64,000 nucleotides of DNA, taken from positions 995,884 through 1,059,883 of the forward strand of contig MU054001.1 in the NCBI GenBank assembly GCA_013239625.1, given 5' to 3'. The stretch's first letter is position 1. Each line of letters opens with the position of its first letter. Under the pieces are notes generated by a model that worked only from the letters and a program-made list of their open reading frames with translations, was not told where the DNA came from and searched no databases. Below are positions 39,690 to 51,990 of this stretch, piece after piece. This stretch comes from Lama guanicoe. Taxonomy: Eukaryota. The translations under genes and the position numbers were made by a program.

Positions 39690-40310
39690 CACCTCACACC
39701 CACCAGCATGGCTCTAATCCAAAAAATGGAAACTAACATGTGTTGGTGAGAAATTGGAACCTTCCTACAGGGTTGGTAGGAACATAAAATGAAACACAGA
39801 ATCACCGTATGACCCAGAAATTCCACTCCTACGTAAAGACATAAAAGAATTGAAAGCAGAGACTCAAACAAGCACAAGTACATATATGATCACGGCAGCA
39901 TCACTCAATAGCCAAACGGTAAAGACAACCCAAATGTCCATCAGTGGATGAATAGATGTTTTTTAATGTGGTCTAGAAGGTGAAATGCTGACACGTGCTA
40001 CAACGTGGATGAACCTCAACACATCACGCCAAGTGAAGGAAACCAGACACAAGAGGTCACGTGCTGTATGATTACACTTACATGAAATGTCCAGAATAGA
40101 TAAAACCATAGAGACAGAAAGCACATTGGCGGTTGCCAGGGACTGGGGTAGGGTCGGGTAGCAGCTAAGAGTGACAGCTTAATGGATAAGGGGTGATTAA
40201 AAAAAAATGTTTTGGAACTAGATAGAAGTGATGGTTCTGCAACATTTGAATGTACTAAATGATGCTGAGTTTTAAGTATACAATTTACATAATTTTCTCA
40301 TATAATGAAT
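39690..40310 (+). mobile_element. L1MB-like LINE 3' fragment
   Basis: cacctcacacccaccagcatggct...tgttggtgag...caacccaaatgtccatcagtggatgaa...gtggatgaacctc...gaaatgtccagaatag...gttttggaactagatag. Confidence 0.85.
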
Positions 40311-41074
40311 CATAGCCAGAAACTTCTTCATGCAGGACCATGTGTTTCACCCACATGACCTCATTTCATCCTCAGAACAGGCTCATGAAACAGAGATTTA
40401 TTATCCCATTTTACTGATAAGAAAACTGAGGCTCAGAGAGGTCATGTCATTTGCCCAAGGCCTCATAGCTCGTGCTCTGCCCGCGGCAGAGCAGAGAATT
40501 TATTCACTGCATTGAGGCTATCTTAGAACTGCCTAGAAATTCTTCCAAGCTGAGTAAGATGGCTCATAGGGAGCTGGGGACAGGCATCCGGCCCCGGGTG
40601 CTGCGGGATCACGGAGTCTCAGTGATTCCATGCAGCATTGGGTGCTGGGATTCTGAGAATGGTGGCAGGGAACTGTTCGGGGAGAGGGGGCCCTAAGGTA
40701 GAGCATGGTCCGTATGAGAATTGTGGGGGCTGGGGCTGGAGAGCAGGCTAGGGAGATCAAGACCCTGCTCTGAGGGAACCAAACATCTTGGGTGGCAAAC
40801 TGCCCTTGATCCTTCAGACCAACTCTGCCTTCGCTCTCCAGTCCTTGTCATGGAAACCTAACTCAGAACAGAGGCCACACAAGGGAGTAGAAAGAGCCAT
40901 GGCTTTGATGTCAGAGCCATCACGTGCCCTGGGTCTTGGCGGGTCTTCTCCTCTCCCTCCTCCTCCTTCACTACCATGGTTAAGATGTATTGAGCACGTG
41001 CTATGCATCACGCGCTGTCTCAGACACTGGAGCCTAGATCTCTACAACAACCCTTTGATGCAGGATGGTGGCTA

Positions 41075-41550
41075 CAGTGGTTAACCTGACATCATCCAAA
41101 CCCACACCCTCCTGCCGCCCTCCAACCCCCAGCCCACCCCACCTGACCCTTGCTGTGTTTAATCTAAACCTGATCCGGCAGTCCCATCCCCCTTGCTATC
41201 TATAGGATCGTGAAATCAGCGTGGGACCTGATTTCAGCCAGTGAGGCACGGAGGGAAGACTGTTGGGTCTTCTGACAACGGTTCCCTTGCTCTAGGAAAA
41301 GCTGGTCCTTCCTCCTCCTCCCCTGGATTTTGCCATATCTGGATGTAGTGCCAGAAGCTGCTGCCATCATCCTACCTCCAGCCTGAGGATGAAGTTAACA
41401 TGGAGATGACAGAGCAGAGACATGGAAGGACATCACAGAGCCATGGATGACACTGGGCTGGCACCTTCTGGTTACATGAGAGAATAAACTTACTGATTAT
41501 TTAAGCCTGTGTTTGCTCTTACTTGCAGCCAAAAGGATCCTAACTGACAG
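41075..41550 (+). mobile_element. MLT1 (J/K-like) LTR
   Basis: gctgctgccatc...cctgaggatgaag...gcagagacatggaagg...gttacatgagagaataaact...tttaagcc...ttacttgcagccaaaaggatcctaactgac. Confidence 0.75.
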
Positions 41551-42049
41551 ATATTTAATTCAAATGAGAGCTCTGAGGCTTATAAAGGTTAAGTAACTGG
41601 TCTAAGATCTCGCAGGTGGTGGACTGGGATCTGAGCCCAGACCATTTGGCCCCAGAGCTCCACCCTTCACCATTGTGAGATGATGCCTGCCTCTTCGGAT
41701 TGTTGTCACCGCAAATAAAGTGTCTGGCACGAGTGAGGATAAAGATATCTACTGCACAGGAAGGGATAAAAATATCTCCCCCACAAGAGACGCAGAGGGA
41801 TGCTCAGGGAACATGAAATCCACACCCTGGTTTTCAGCCCTGACTTGGTGTCCATGCATTCCCAAAGGCTCAGAGGCTAGACTGCCTCCACACTCCTGCC
41901 AACTTATGTCCCTCCAAGAAGAACACAGGTTTCTAAATTCGAGCCCCAGTCCTCCTATTCCAGGCAGCCTTCCAAGATGTACCCCATGCATCCCCAACCC
42001 CCACCCGCAGGAGCCTGTGACCTTCCCACACATACTTCAGCAATTTTGA

Positions 42050-42650
42050 AATCGTCTGTTGCTGTGATCCACGCAGCAGCCAGAGGGATCTTGCAAAAAC
42101 TCAGATCAAAATCTCATCAATCACCTGCCTAAAACCCTTTCACTTCTTCCCACTGCAGATGGGATAAAACCCATACTCACAAGTATGACCCACCAGGCCT
42201 CATATGTCCAGCCCTGCCTTGCTTCCAACTTCACCTGGTATTAAGCCCCCCATGCCACTCCACTGCAGCTTCACTGGCCTTTTAGTCCCTCAAACCTGGG
42301 TAAGTCGTTCCTAGCCAAAGGCCTTTGTCCTTACTGGTCCCTTAGTGGGACTGACGCTGGTCATCCAAGGTCTCACCTCATCTCAACGCTCAGGACTCTG
42401 GAGAGACCTTCCCGGGCTCACCCTGTCTCAGTCTCTTCCATGCCACCCACATTTACTTCTCTACATATCTCCTAGGCTGCTCTGATACAGTTTCCTGTTT
42501 GTATAATTTTATTTCATTATGCTCCATCACCCCCCTAGCGTGAACTCTGCCAGAAATGGAGGCGTGTCAGTTTAGATTCACTGCCAAATTCTCAGCACCC
42601 AGAATGATGCCTAGCACAGAGTAGGTGCTCAGTAAACACAAAAGGAATAA
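42050..42650 (+). mobile_element. L2 LINE 3' fragment
   Basis: cacgcagcagccagagggatctt...cctgcctaaaacccttt...cactggcctt...tgcctagcacagagtaggtgctcagtaaac. Confidence 0.8.
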
Positions 42651-43025
42651 AACTCCATCTCTGCATGAAACGTGGCTGTCTTAGTAAGAGATGCAACACT
42701 CCTTGACGGGAGTGGTTAGTGCACTCACTCTCATCCTGACATTTTAAGAACCTTGTAGTCATCAGCGTACGCTTTTCTCAGATTCACAGTGAAAAAGCAC
42801 AGATGTTGAGTTCTCACCTCAGCTCTGCTGGTTTCTCATGATGTGACCTTGAGTAAGTCACTCCACCTCTCTCTGTGTGCCTCAGTTGCCCTGACTGTGA
42901 ACAAGGATGATTACTCTCATGGTGTTATTGTGAGGAATGGGTGAGAAAACACTGGCTTTGGGCAGAGTGTCAGGTATGCAGAGTGCTCGATGTGAAGGCA
43001 CTGACTTTGTTTTGTCAGAAACTAA

Positions 43026-43162
43026 AAAGAGGAAGGGAGGGAGGGAGCGATGGGGGAGGAGGAAAGGAAAGAAGGAGGGAGGGAAGGAAGGAAGGGAGGG
43101 AGGGAGGGAGGGAGGAAGGGACGGATGTGGGAGGCAGGAAAGGAAGGAAGGAAGGAAGGAAA
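43026..43162. repeat. Purine-rich (GGAA/GGGA)n low-complexity tract
   Basis: gggaaggaaggaagggagggagggagggag...aggaaggaaggaaggaagg. Confidence 0.9.
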
Positions 43163-44099
43163 AGTTGCACCGGAATCTCAGCTGTAGGTGCTGTGACAGC
43201 AGCCTGTCTGCCCCTGGGGCACTTGGAGCGGCATCTCAAGATGGGCCCTGGGGAAGGAGAAAGCAGGAGGGGTAGACCCTTGCCAGAGCCTTTCCAGTGA
43301 GTTCCCCGATAGGCTCAAGCAGTGCTGGTGCCCAGAACACAGCACTCCCCCTCCAGGCTTAATCTGGGGCTTGAGCTTTGGGGCCCCTGGGGGACGGGGC
43401 AGGGGAAATCCACCCTGAGTCCCCCAGTTCTTTGCAGAGGCAGCCACTATTAGGAGAAATCTTCATGCCAGGATGAGTTGGGTCTTAATAGCTGCTAATT
43501 GGTCATAAGGCAAATAGGGGAAGGTATTAACGAGCAATCCATTTGGCTCCAAGTGAACGGACCATAACCCAGAAGGATTTTACTGGTCTGTCTCTGCTTT
43601 TTAAGAGTTTTCATTTCAAGAATGGCTTGGCCCTAAAATGGTCCATTGTGACTGAGGCTGTGTGATAATGGGGGAAATATCTGAGGATCATGGGACTCAG
43701 GCACCTGCAGTCCACCCCGCCCATCTTCCTGTCTTCCTGCTGTGCGCGGGGGTCTTCCAAGACCTAAGTCCACCCCGCCGGCCCCCAACATCTCTTGCCC
43801 ACCTCACTGACCCTTCCAGGAGGAGCTGCCCCCACTCTAACAGAGAATCCACCCTCCTTTCTACCTGGCCTTATCCTGAATGGTCAGAGAATAGAACATT
43901 CTCTTTAACTGAGAATTATCATATCTAGCATGCATGGATTGCCAGTTTTCTTTTTTTCTTCCTTTTTTCTTCATTTATGATTCTTAGCACAATCTATACA
44001 AATTAAAAATTCAGCAGAAAGATATACAGTAGAAAATGAAACACTCTTCCACATAATGTTACTTTTCAGAAAGAACCACCATTAACATTTGGATACAGA

Positions 44100-45010
44100 G
44101 CATTCCAGACGGATGAATGGATAAATCTTACTTTTGATATTAAGTATTTCAGAGATTAACATAACTAATGTTCAAGAAGGCACCATCCATCTTAAGAAAT
44201 AGAACATTACAGACAAAATTGAAAGCTCCTGTGTCTCTTCTTTGTATCATTCCATCCCTCCCTCCCTACCCAGGAGTAACCTTTGCCTAGAAATGATCAT
44301 TTCTACACCCGGGACACCATCACTACTTGTGCTTATAGTCATAAAACAATATATCACATTGTTACAGAAATAGAATTATCATATATGCAACCTTCTGCAA
44401 CTTGCTTGTTCCCCTTCTGCATTGTTTGCTGCAGATTCTCCATGTAGTTACATTATGACACTGTTTCATTCTTTTTTAACCCAGTATTGTATTTTACTGT
44501 GTCATTGTACCACAATTTATTCACCCATTCTCCTGTTGAGAAATACTGGTGTCGTTTCTCATTTTTCACTTTACAAACGATGCTGCAGCGCATTGTTTGT
44601 ATCCATCTCCTTGCGTATATGTGCATAAGTTTCTCCAGAGCATAGAGCTGGTCAGATGTCTGTCACGGTATATGACTGTTTCCTCTTTAGTGAGCATTAA
44701 CAAATTGCTCATCAGAATGGCTGTACTAATTTGTATTCCTGCCACTGAATATTATTTAGTAGAATCACTAAAGAGAACAATTTGGTAATATTTATTGGTA
44801 CATGAAAGTATGTGTTGTTCCACATTCTCCACCACCAATGTGGTGTTGTCAACATTCAAACTTTGGCTGATCTACTGGATGTGAACTGATATTTCATGGT
44901 TGTTTTCATTGCATTTCTGTGATTACCAATGAAACTGAGCATCTTTCATATGTTTACTTGCCTTTTCTGTTTCCTTTTCTGTGAATTGCCTGTTCGTGCT
45001 CTTTGCCCAA
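44100..45010 (-). mobile_element. Old L1M fragment(s)
   Basis: tgtaccacaatttattcacccattctcctgttg...ctgtactaatttgtattcc...gcatttctgtgattaccaatgaaactgagcatctttcatatgtttac. Confidence 0.75.
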
Positions 45011-45489
45011 TTTCAATGGATAGACAGATAGATAATATAGTTTAAAAAACAATTTTCAAAATAGCACACCATAAAACATTTCCTGACATATAAGAACCTT
45101 GTATAACCCATAGTCTATATAATATTCTGCAACATACCCTTTGTACTCTTACTACAACTTACACATCTTACCAGGCTAGCAATTTTTCATGTTATTTTGC
45201 GATGACATCATATAGGTATATTAATGATTTATTAACCATTTCTCTGATTGACAGACACTTAGATTATTTTCATTTGTTTCCATTATAAATAGTGAATATT
45301 TTGTAGCAATATATTTAGGTATAAACACAGCTGTTCCTATAGAAGACAGCCAATTCTCAGTGAGTTGTAAGTAGTGATATATAACCAAAAGGACATTAGA
45401 ATCCAATAAAAAGTTCAACGAAATAAAGTCGGCATTAAATTTCTTCTAGACTTAGTTCCTCCTTTAAAAAAAATGTTTAACAATTCAAA

Positions 45490-45988
45490 AAATAACCTGT
45501 GAACAACCAAGTTGGAAATGTTTGGCAAAATCTGCTAAAGTAAACATGCACCTACTTATGACTCAGCAATTCCATTCCTGAGTATCCACCCAGCAAAAAT
45601 AAGTTCACAGATCCATGAAAAGACATGTATGAGAAGGCTCTCAGCAGCTTAATTCATAAGCAATTTAAAATTGGTCATGAGTCAAGCGTGTACCAGTGGA
45701 GAAGTACAGTAACATGGATGGATCTGAAGACATCACGCTGAACTGAAGATGCCAGACACACAAAATATACCCTCTCCCATCTCACTTATATGAAGTTCAA
45801 GAACAGGCAAAGCTACTGTGTAATATTAGAAATCAGGGTAATGCTTACCTCTCGAGGTGAGAGTATCGAGGGGAAGAGGGCACAGTGGGGCCCTCAGAAG
45901 TTCTGGAAATGTTCTCTGTCTTGATCTGAGTCATGTATGTGTCTGTAAAAATTCGTCGAGTTTTACCTTTTAGAGGTGTATACTTTAG
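45490..45988 (+). mobile_element. Old L1MC/ME 3' fragment (host of the next insertion)
   Basis: tttggcaaaatctgctaaag...tatgactcagcaattccattcctgagtat...atatgaagttcaagaacaggcaaa...gttctggaaatgttct. Confidence 0.75.
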
Positions 45989-46420
45989 GATGGACCTAAA
46001 GAGTATTGTGCTTAGTGAAATGTCAGAGAAAGGCAAATACTCTGTTCTCACATCTATGTGGAATCTAAAAAAATAAAGCAAATGGAAGTATATAAGAAAA
46101 CAGAAGCAGAGAAAAGATGTAGAGAAAAGACTAGTGGTTACCAGCAGGGAGAGGGGAGAGCGGAGGGGCAAGAAAGAGGTGTGAGATTAAGAGACACAAA
46201 CTTCGTATAAAATAGTTAAGCAACAACGAAATATTGTACAACACAGGAAAATACAGCCATTATTGTGTAATAACTTTAAATGGAGTATTATCTATAAAAA
46301 TACTGAATCACTATGTTGTACACCTGAGACTAACTTAATATTGTAAATCAATTATACCTCAATAAAAATATTTAATTTAAAAGTACACTATAATAAATAT
46401 CATTGCAGCTTAAAAAAAAA
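45989..46420 (+). mobile_element. 5'-truncated L1 3' end with TSD and probable 3' transduction
   Basis: gatggacctaaagagtattgtgcttagtgaaa...gtggttaccagcaggg...ttgtacacctgagactaac...ttgtaaatcaattatacctcaataaaa; TSD agaggtgtatactttag (45972-45988) / agaaatgtataccttag (46421-46437). Confidence 0.85.
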
Positions 46421-46600
46421 AGAAATGTATACCTTAGATTTACTATGCTATAATAACTTTTTTTTCTTAAAGAAACAACCTTGTTATTTTAACTTACCAT
46501 TTGTTTGGATTCTGCCTCAGTGAATGGAAGGAAACTGATTTTATTGAGAGCCTGCTAAGAGCTAACCAGCAAACTAACCATCCTGATAATTTTTTTAATT

Positions 46601-46735
46601 CTTTTTTTTTAAATTTTATTTTAGGGGGAGATAATTAGGTTTCTTTCTTTATTTTTTTAATGGATGTACCAGGGATTGAACCCAGAACCTCATACATGCT
46701 AAGCATACACTCTACCACTGAGCTATACCCTCCCC
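46601..46735 (-). mobile_element. tRNA-Ala-derived SINE (vic-1-like)
   Basis: Reverse complement reads ggggagggtatagctcagtggtagagtgtatgcttagcatgtatgaggttctgggttcaatccctggtac; tail aaacctaattatctccccc; ctgataatttttt(t)aatt on both flanks. Confidence 0.9.
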
Positions 46736-49419
46736 CTGATAATTTTTAATTATAGTTTTTATAACTACCTCCATGATACAGGTAGGATTGCCCCTTTGTT
46801 TACAGAGGAGGAAACTGAGGCATGAAAAATGTAGGTAACCTTTCCAAGGTCATGGAGCCATTTCAGCTCAGTTCATAACCATCTGAATTGAAACTATAAC
46901 AGCTGACTCTGTGTGAGGCATTCTTCTCAATGCTTTCCATGTCTTATCTTATCTGCAACGAGGTCCTATGGGACAAGCACCATTATTCATCCCCATTTTA
47001 CAGACAGAGAAATTATGGCATAGAATGTCACTTCCCTGAGGTTGCACAGCCACTAAGTGGAGGAGCCCTGATCTCATTTCTGTGCGACACAAGCCCCAGT
47101 TCCGAGTTTTCTAGCTCAGAGGCAGTGAGTGGAATGTGCCTCACACTGGATGATGCTGCGGACGCTTTGCCTTCAGTGACTCACAGCTTTTTGCTTTGTT
47201 TCAAGAACTTCTGGTGGAAGCTTGTGTTTATGTGTTGGCTTCTTTTCCACACTCACGCATCTGTTTAGAAAGTCAGAAAACAGACCCGTCAAGTATCAAA
47301 TCCCAAACATTCCAAGATACATTAGCTGGCAGGTCTCCCAAGGCAAAGGGGAGCAGGCAAAGGAGGGAGAGATAGAAGATAGAGAATTCCCCCTGTTTGC
47401 CTCTGCACCGAGCCAGGCCTTACCACCCCAGACCCCAGGGACTCCAGCACAGTTAATAAACCAGCGGCAAGAAGCTTGTGGCTACTATTTGTTGCAGAAT
47501 TGGCTCTCACCTCGGGACCACAATTTAATGGGAAATACAGCCTGATGTAAGTAAACGCCGAGGGTTAATGAAGATACGATGATTTAAGACAATAGGACCA
47601 GTTAGCCATCCTGGGCAGAGGGTGAGTGGCAGAAACATCTCTCTCACAGAAGGGGAGAAAGAAGAAGGGGTTGGGAGGGGGCAGGAAAAGGGGGAAGATG
47701 CCTGACCCACCAATCAGTTTATTGTCTAACAGAGCCATGCAAACGAGCAATCCTATTACACAGCCAGCCCTCCTTGGTGTTACTATCCACCAGCCACAGG
47801 GGTTCCATCTCAGGCCACAGTCCTCAGTACCAGCTGATAAACCATTTTTGCATAAAGGGGAAGAAATCCCCATCGCTGTACATCCTCAGCCCTCAGACCC
47901 ACCCATTGAAGTCAGCCACGAGGTCTGGGTCCCTTTCCCCACCTCTGTAGGGCAGGTAGTGTCCCACAGAGTCCTTGGATAGAAGAAATCAGGCTGGGAG
48001 GAGAAGGAAGCAGAGCCCAGGGGAAGCCACAGGGACCCTGGATTCACTAAAAGCAGCAGCAATTAAAAGCCCAGACACTACCTGCTGAGAGCCTACTGTG
48101 TACGTGGCCCTTTACATACGTCACCTCTAATCCCCGCCATGACCCTACAAGGGGTATGTATATATTAGCCCCATTTTCCAGAAGGGAAAGTCGAGGCTCA
48201 AAGGAGCTTAAACAGTCATTTGCCCCAAATTTTGGCCTGGCTGACTCCAAAGTCCCTCGTTGTTAAGAGCACAGCCTCTCTCTACAAAGGAGGAAGGAAG
48301 GAAAGAGGAGTTAGGGGAAGCAAAAATATCGACATAATGCTTTATAGATAGTAAGCACTCGCTGAGTATTGGCTACATATATCAGAGAGAACTGAGACCC
48401 TTCCTGATCATTTCCGGTGGAGATGGACCATTCTAAGCCCACCACTGTCTGGGGTCTCCCCAAGCCTGGGCCAAGGACATCGCCTAGGAGAAACTGTGGC
48501 TCCGTGGGAACATACACTCTCTGAGCCTCCCCTGACAGCAGCTTGGGTTTGGATCCAGTTTGGCTACTAAAGGCTGCTGAGTCAGAGAACATGGAAACGT
48601 GGAGGAAGTGAGTTCTGCAGGTCCGTCAGCTCTGCTCAAAAAGGCGAGCAGTGTCCCACGCATCGGGAAGGACTTATGAGGGCTGGAAGGGTTCTGCGTG
48701 TCAGGAATGGGCCCTGCGGACTCAGGTGCTGGAGCTTTAAGGAAAGCCAGGCTCACGGTTGGCCTCCAAGTAGACACACCCATTCAAGCCCTTCAGTGGC
48801 CTGAGGTGGAGTGGCTTTCAGCCTTTACACTGGAAGGGGTCAGGCACAATTTCAGTCCAGCCCAGCCCTGCAGGCAGGGTAGGCGGCCTGGAATGGTGGC
48901 AGCCTGGAGTCCTAGAGAAACCTAGAGAAAGACGTTGCTCTGGCCGGTCCCCCGAGGCCAGCACACGGAGAAACAATACCAGAGTAGTCCCTGGAGGTGA
49001 AAACAGGCTGTGCAATTCCTACCAAGTGAAGAGGGAAGCGCCTTGGGGGACAACATCAGCCGGGTAAGGCTCTTAGTCTACAAAAGGAAACCCAGGCGTC
49101 CCAGAACAGAGCTGCTGGAAAACCTGGATTCTGAACGTGGAATTGTAAATATATGTCATTTCCAAGCCCTTACCCACAGCAAGGCCGTCGGGATCCGCTC
49201 AGTCACACGTGCCTGGTCGCTGGGGTAATTTTCAGTTCTGACCAGCTGCAGTCTGGACCCTGGTTACATTAGCTGTGCAAACATGGGCAAGACATCTGGT
49301 CTCACTGAGCCTCGTCTTCCTCATCTTGTCCCATAAAGTGCCCTTATTTCTGCTCCTCTCAGCGACTTGTAATATTCACTTAGCTGCATGAGCAAAAATT
49401 CTGGGCAAAATGGCCCAAA

Positions 49420-49885
49420 TGTCTAACTTTCCCTGTACCCATGCTCTTGGTCCATCAAGAGGTGGCATCCATTTCCCCAGCACTTGCTTGCATTGGGACT
49501 GCCTTGGGACTGGATTTGACCAGTAGCATGTGGCTAAGTGACAGGGTTCCATTCTTTCCATGCTTCCAGTCACTCCTGGCATCTCTGCTCTTCCTCGAGA
49601 ACACGCTCGGGCTAGCCTCTGGGAGGATGAGACACATGGAGCAGTGCCGAGTCCACCTGACACCTCAGACGTGTGAGAGAACTCATCCAAGCTAAGCCAC
49701 CTGCAGGCCCACAGCTAAACACAGACCAGTCAGCGAGCGAGCCCCACAATGAGCTCAGAACAGCAGACCCACCCCGCCAGCCCAGAGGCCCGTGAGCACA
49801 CACACAAAAACGTTTCTTGGTCTATGCCGCTGGGTTTCTGGTGGTGGTTATGCTGCATCATTGTGGTCCTAGATAACAGATACAC
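49420..49885 (+). mobile_element. MLT1 (ERVL-MaLR) LTR
   Basis: cagacgtgtgagag...cagcccagaggcccgtgagc...ctatgccgctgggtttctggtggtggttatgctgcatcattgtgg...agataacagataca. Confidence 0.75.
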
Positions 49886-49974
49886 TCCCACGTATCCATC
49901 AATCACCAAATCGATGCTCAGTTTTAAGATGATGACATTAGACCCACCCCTCCTGGTTCCAAATCCTATGTAGC

Positions 49975-50602
49975 TGTACACCCGAGCAGGACCATACAGG
50001 GCCTTCCAAGGACAGACCCCCGCACCCCCAGCCCTTGCCATCCATGTCCTCTGCTTTCCTCTCGTCTGTAGAAAAAATTCAGGCTCCTAGGCTTTCCCGA
50101 ATTCCAAAGAGTACATTTAATCAGAGAAGTGAGAATATGCAGAAAGAAAGGAAAACAGTCAAGCAAGACCAAATAATAACAGTTGAGCCGTCAAACAAAA
50201 TCAAGGACATTTAGTTCCTCCTCAGGGACTATGGGTAATATTCGCAGCCAGATCCTTTGAGCTGTTTTGCAGACACTGAGACCCCCACCAGGTGGGAGGA
50301 GTTAACTGTATGCTGACCACAAGCACGGAGACCCCAGTCCCGCTAGAACCAGAAGGTTGATGATGTTGACTTCCGATTACCTCACCACCAACCAATCAGA
50401 AGACTGTCCACGGGCAGGTCACCCCCCCCCCCTGTCTTTACAAACCTTCCCCCGAAAGCCTTCGGGGCGTTCGGGCCTCTTTCGCACTAGCTGCTTGGAC
50501 TCCTTGCTTGGCGCCCGGCAATAAACGCTGCACTTTCCTTCCCCGCGACCCAGCTGGCTTTACCGCACGCGGGCAATCGGACCCAAGTTTGGTTGAGTAA
50601 CA
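49975..50602 (+). mobile_element. ERV1-like solo LTR (about 630 bp) inserted in a MIR
   Basis: Begins tgtacacccgagcagg and ends gtttggttgagtaaca (TG...CA); CCAAT 50392-50396; AATAAA 50520-50525; MIR halves on both sides (ggttccaaatcct... / ctgtgtga...cccatctaaaaatgg). Confidence 0.8.
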
Positions 50603-50775
50603 ACTGTGTGAACTTACTTCACCTCTTGGCGCCACAGTTATCCCATCTAAAAATGGTGCTGATGATAGAAGAACCTACCTCATAGGATTGTTGTGATGAT
50701 TAAATAAGTAAATAGTGTAAAATGCTTAGAACAGCCCCTGGTACCTAGTGAATGCTATGTAAGCATTATATTGTT
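50603..50775 (+). mobile_element. MIR SINE (3' part, after the LTR)
   Basis: acctacctcataggattgttgtgatgattaaataag...tgtaaaatgcttagaacagcccctgg. Confidence 0.85.
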
Positions 50776-51679
50776 CTTAGGAGTTTGCTCTCTGCTAAGT
50801 ACATTATGAATTCATTTTTCCTATCCTCCGCTGATATCACCCTCATCCGGGCCATGGATGGTTTTCTGCCTCTATCCTACTCCCATTAATCTACCCTCTA
50901 GAATGAAGCCAGAGAAATCTTCCCGAAGTGGAGACCCAGTGAGGTCACACCTTGATTCAAACCCTCCAGTGCTGCCCCTTTGGTCCTTGGGAGAGTTTGA
51001 ACTCCCTACATGATTCCAGGGATGAACCAGCCCCTGTTTAATTCTCTGGCCTCCTCTTCCCCTAGTTCTCCACACTTGTCATCAGTGATCACAAGGGAAA
51101 TCAGAGCTGTATTGAGCACTAGCTCTATGCCAGGCCTGATTCTAAGCATGTTGCTTACATTACATCATTGGATCCTAATGAGAGCTATTGTAACCACCCT
51201 GCGTGGTAGATGTTATAACCCCTGTTTTACAGATTAGGAAACCGAGGCTTGGCCTGGCCAGAGTCACTGGCTAGCAGCAGAGGAAGGATACAAAGCCCAC
51301 CCTCGCTTTCCAGGCTCTGGAAGCCAGTCTGCTTTTGAGGCAGGCACAGGGAGGTGCATTTCAGAGGCGCTAGAAACTCTGAGGCAAAGGTCCTTTCTGC
51401 TCTGCCTTTGGCTTTGGGCCCAGGCCCCACTTGGGCCTCACTCCAGAAGGCATACGAGGGTGTGGAAGCCTCTTTGTCATGGTTATGGATTTTCATTCCG
51501 TAAAGTGCAAGGAAGTTGGCAAACAGTGAGGAATTGCAAGGAGCAGCCGCCTGGCTGAAATGGCAACGCCTTGCTGACCCCAACACCCCCAGCCAAGCGC
51601 CAGGCTGGCCTGGGACTGATTTTCCAGTGCACCTTGCAGCCTGATTCATCATAGGTGTTCAGTGCCACGGGACTTAATC

Positions 51680-51990
51680 AAAACAACGCTAACAGAGGGC
51701 CTGCTGCGTGCCAGGCAACTTTCCGAAGCACATTACGTATCTGGACAATTTAATCCTGACCATAAGCCTGGAAAGTGGGTCCTGTCATTGTCTCTATTTT
51801 ACAAATGAGAAACTGAGGGTCAGAAATGTTTGAACATTTCTTCAGGCCCAGAGGCAAACCCAGGAAGTCTGGCTCTGGAATCTGTGCTCTTTTTTTTTTT
51901 TTTAATTGAAGTATAGTCAGTTACCAGCAGGGAAAGGGGGTGGGAAGGGATAAATTAGAATCTATGCTCTTAAGCACTGCACCACACTAC
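51680..51990 (-). mobile_element. MIR SINE, interrupted by a tiny L1
   Basis: tttaatcctgacc...tattttacaaatgagaaactgagg...aaacccaggaagtctggctct...gctcttaagcactgcacc. Confidence 0.75.
51892..51957 (-). mobile_element. Very short 5'-inverted L1 insertion
   Basis: polyT + aattgaagtatagtcagttac (L1 3' terminus, minus strand) joined to gttaccagcagggaaagggggtgggaagggataaatt (L1 3'UTR, plus strand); TSD gaatctgtgctctt (51878-51891) / gaatctatgctctt (51958-51971). Confidence 0.8.
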
